In this document: one piece after another, positions 46,646-46,907 of the stretch
How positions within the stretch are numbered: the stretch's first letter is position 1
How the letters are laid out: every line of letters begins with the position of its first letter
Sequence record: MK327140.1
Source: Klebsiella phage YX3973
Length of the DNA stretch: 46,907 bases
Direction: 5' to 3' (one strand)
Position numbers and translations under genes: made by a program
The notes under the pieces: model-generated
Databases searched by the model: none
What the model was told of the DNA's origin: nothing
What the model saw: only the letters and a program-made list of their open reading frames with translations

Positions 46646-46826
46646 AATCATTACTACATAATAAATAATCAATGGCATCGCCAAGAGATTCGAATCTGGC
46701 ATCATATCTCCCGGCAGAATTTGCAACAATATACCACTTCCCGACCTTTGATATACCAGCAACCCTGCTATTATTTTGGTCAGCTATGCGCCAGTAATCA
46801 TCGTGGATTTTTTGGATTTGTATCAT
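46641..46826 (-). CDS. Small protein (61 aa from ATG 46826)
   Basis: ORF track; GGGGAG RBS. Confidence 0.3.
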   Translation of the reverse strand: MIQIQKIHDDYWRIADQNNSRVAGISKVGKWYIVANSAGRYDARFESLGDAIDYLLCSNDY

Positions 46827-46907
46827 TGCGCTCCCCAAAGATGGTTCCCGCGACAGGATTCGAATTATTGTTGTGGCCCTGGTGCCTCCAGGTTGCTGGT
46901 CGGTAAA

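Noticed and set aside
1-46907. CRISPR array, rRNA, integrase or CI-type repressor
   Set aside because: No direct-repeat/spacer periodicity, no rRNA-like conserved stretches, and no tyrosine or serine recombinase or LexA-like repressor motifs in any frame.

Overview
The window is essentially one lambda-like siphovirus genome (or a large part of a prophage) from an enterobacterial-type host. On the + strand it has a tail module (major tail protein with an Ig-like C-terminus, putative chaperone, 1093-aa tape measure, M/L/K-like minor tail proteins, a J-like tip protein and an 820-aa fibre with a C-terminal SGNH esterase domain), a packaging and head module (TerS, HNH-AP2 endonuclease, TerL, portal, Mu-F-like morphogenesis protein, scaffold/protease-like protein, decoration-like protein, major capsid, connector proteins) and a lysis cassette (GH24 endolysin, putative holin, embedded Rz/Rz1 spanins). 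On the - strand it has a replication/recombination module (VRR-NUC, SF2 helicase carrying a LAGLIDADG intein in its Walker A motif, DUF669-type SSB, Gp157, Sak4 ATPase, prim-pol/D5-like primase). A 650-bp AT-rich origin-like regulatory region (21727-22377) separates the leftward replication genes from a rightward operon of small early genes.

Accessory genes sit at module junctions and almost all are transcribed leftward. The most striking of these are a truncated beta-sliding-clamp (DnaN domain II-III) homologue in an operon with a ParB-like protein, a Dcm-type C5-methyltransferase and an Endo-VII HNH; an HslV/proteasome-beta-like Ntn hydrolase; a Lar-type anti-restriction protein; and an SSB C-terminal tail (QP-rich linker + MDFDDDIPF) encoded in-frame directly after the amber stop of the VRR-NUC nuclease. 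A 12-bp element AATCTACGTCAA (TTGACGTAGATT on the other strand), which contains -35-like and -10-like hexamers, recurs at nearly every divergent intergenic junction.

No CRISPR array, rRNA, integrase or CI-type repressor was recognised. Every functional call is from motif-level reading of the six-frame translations; no database searches were run.
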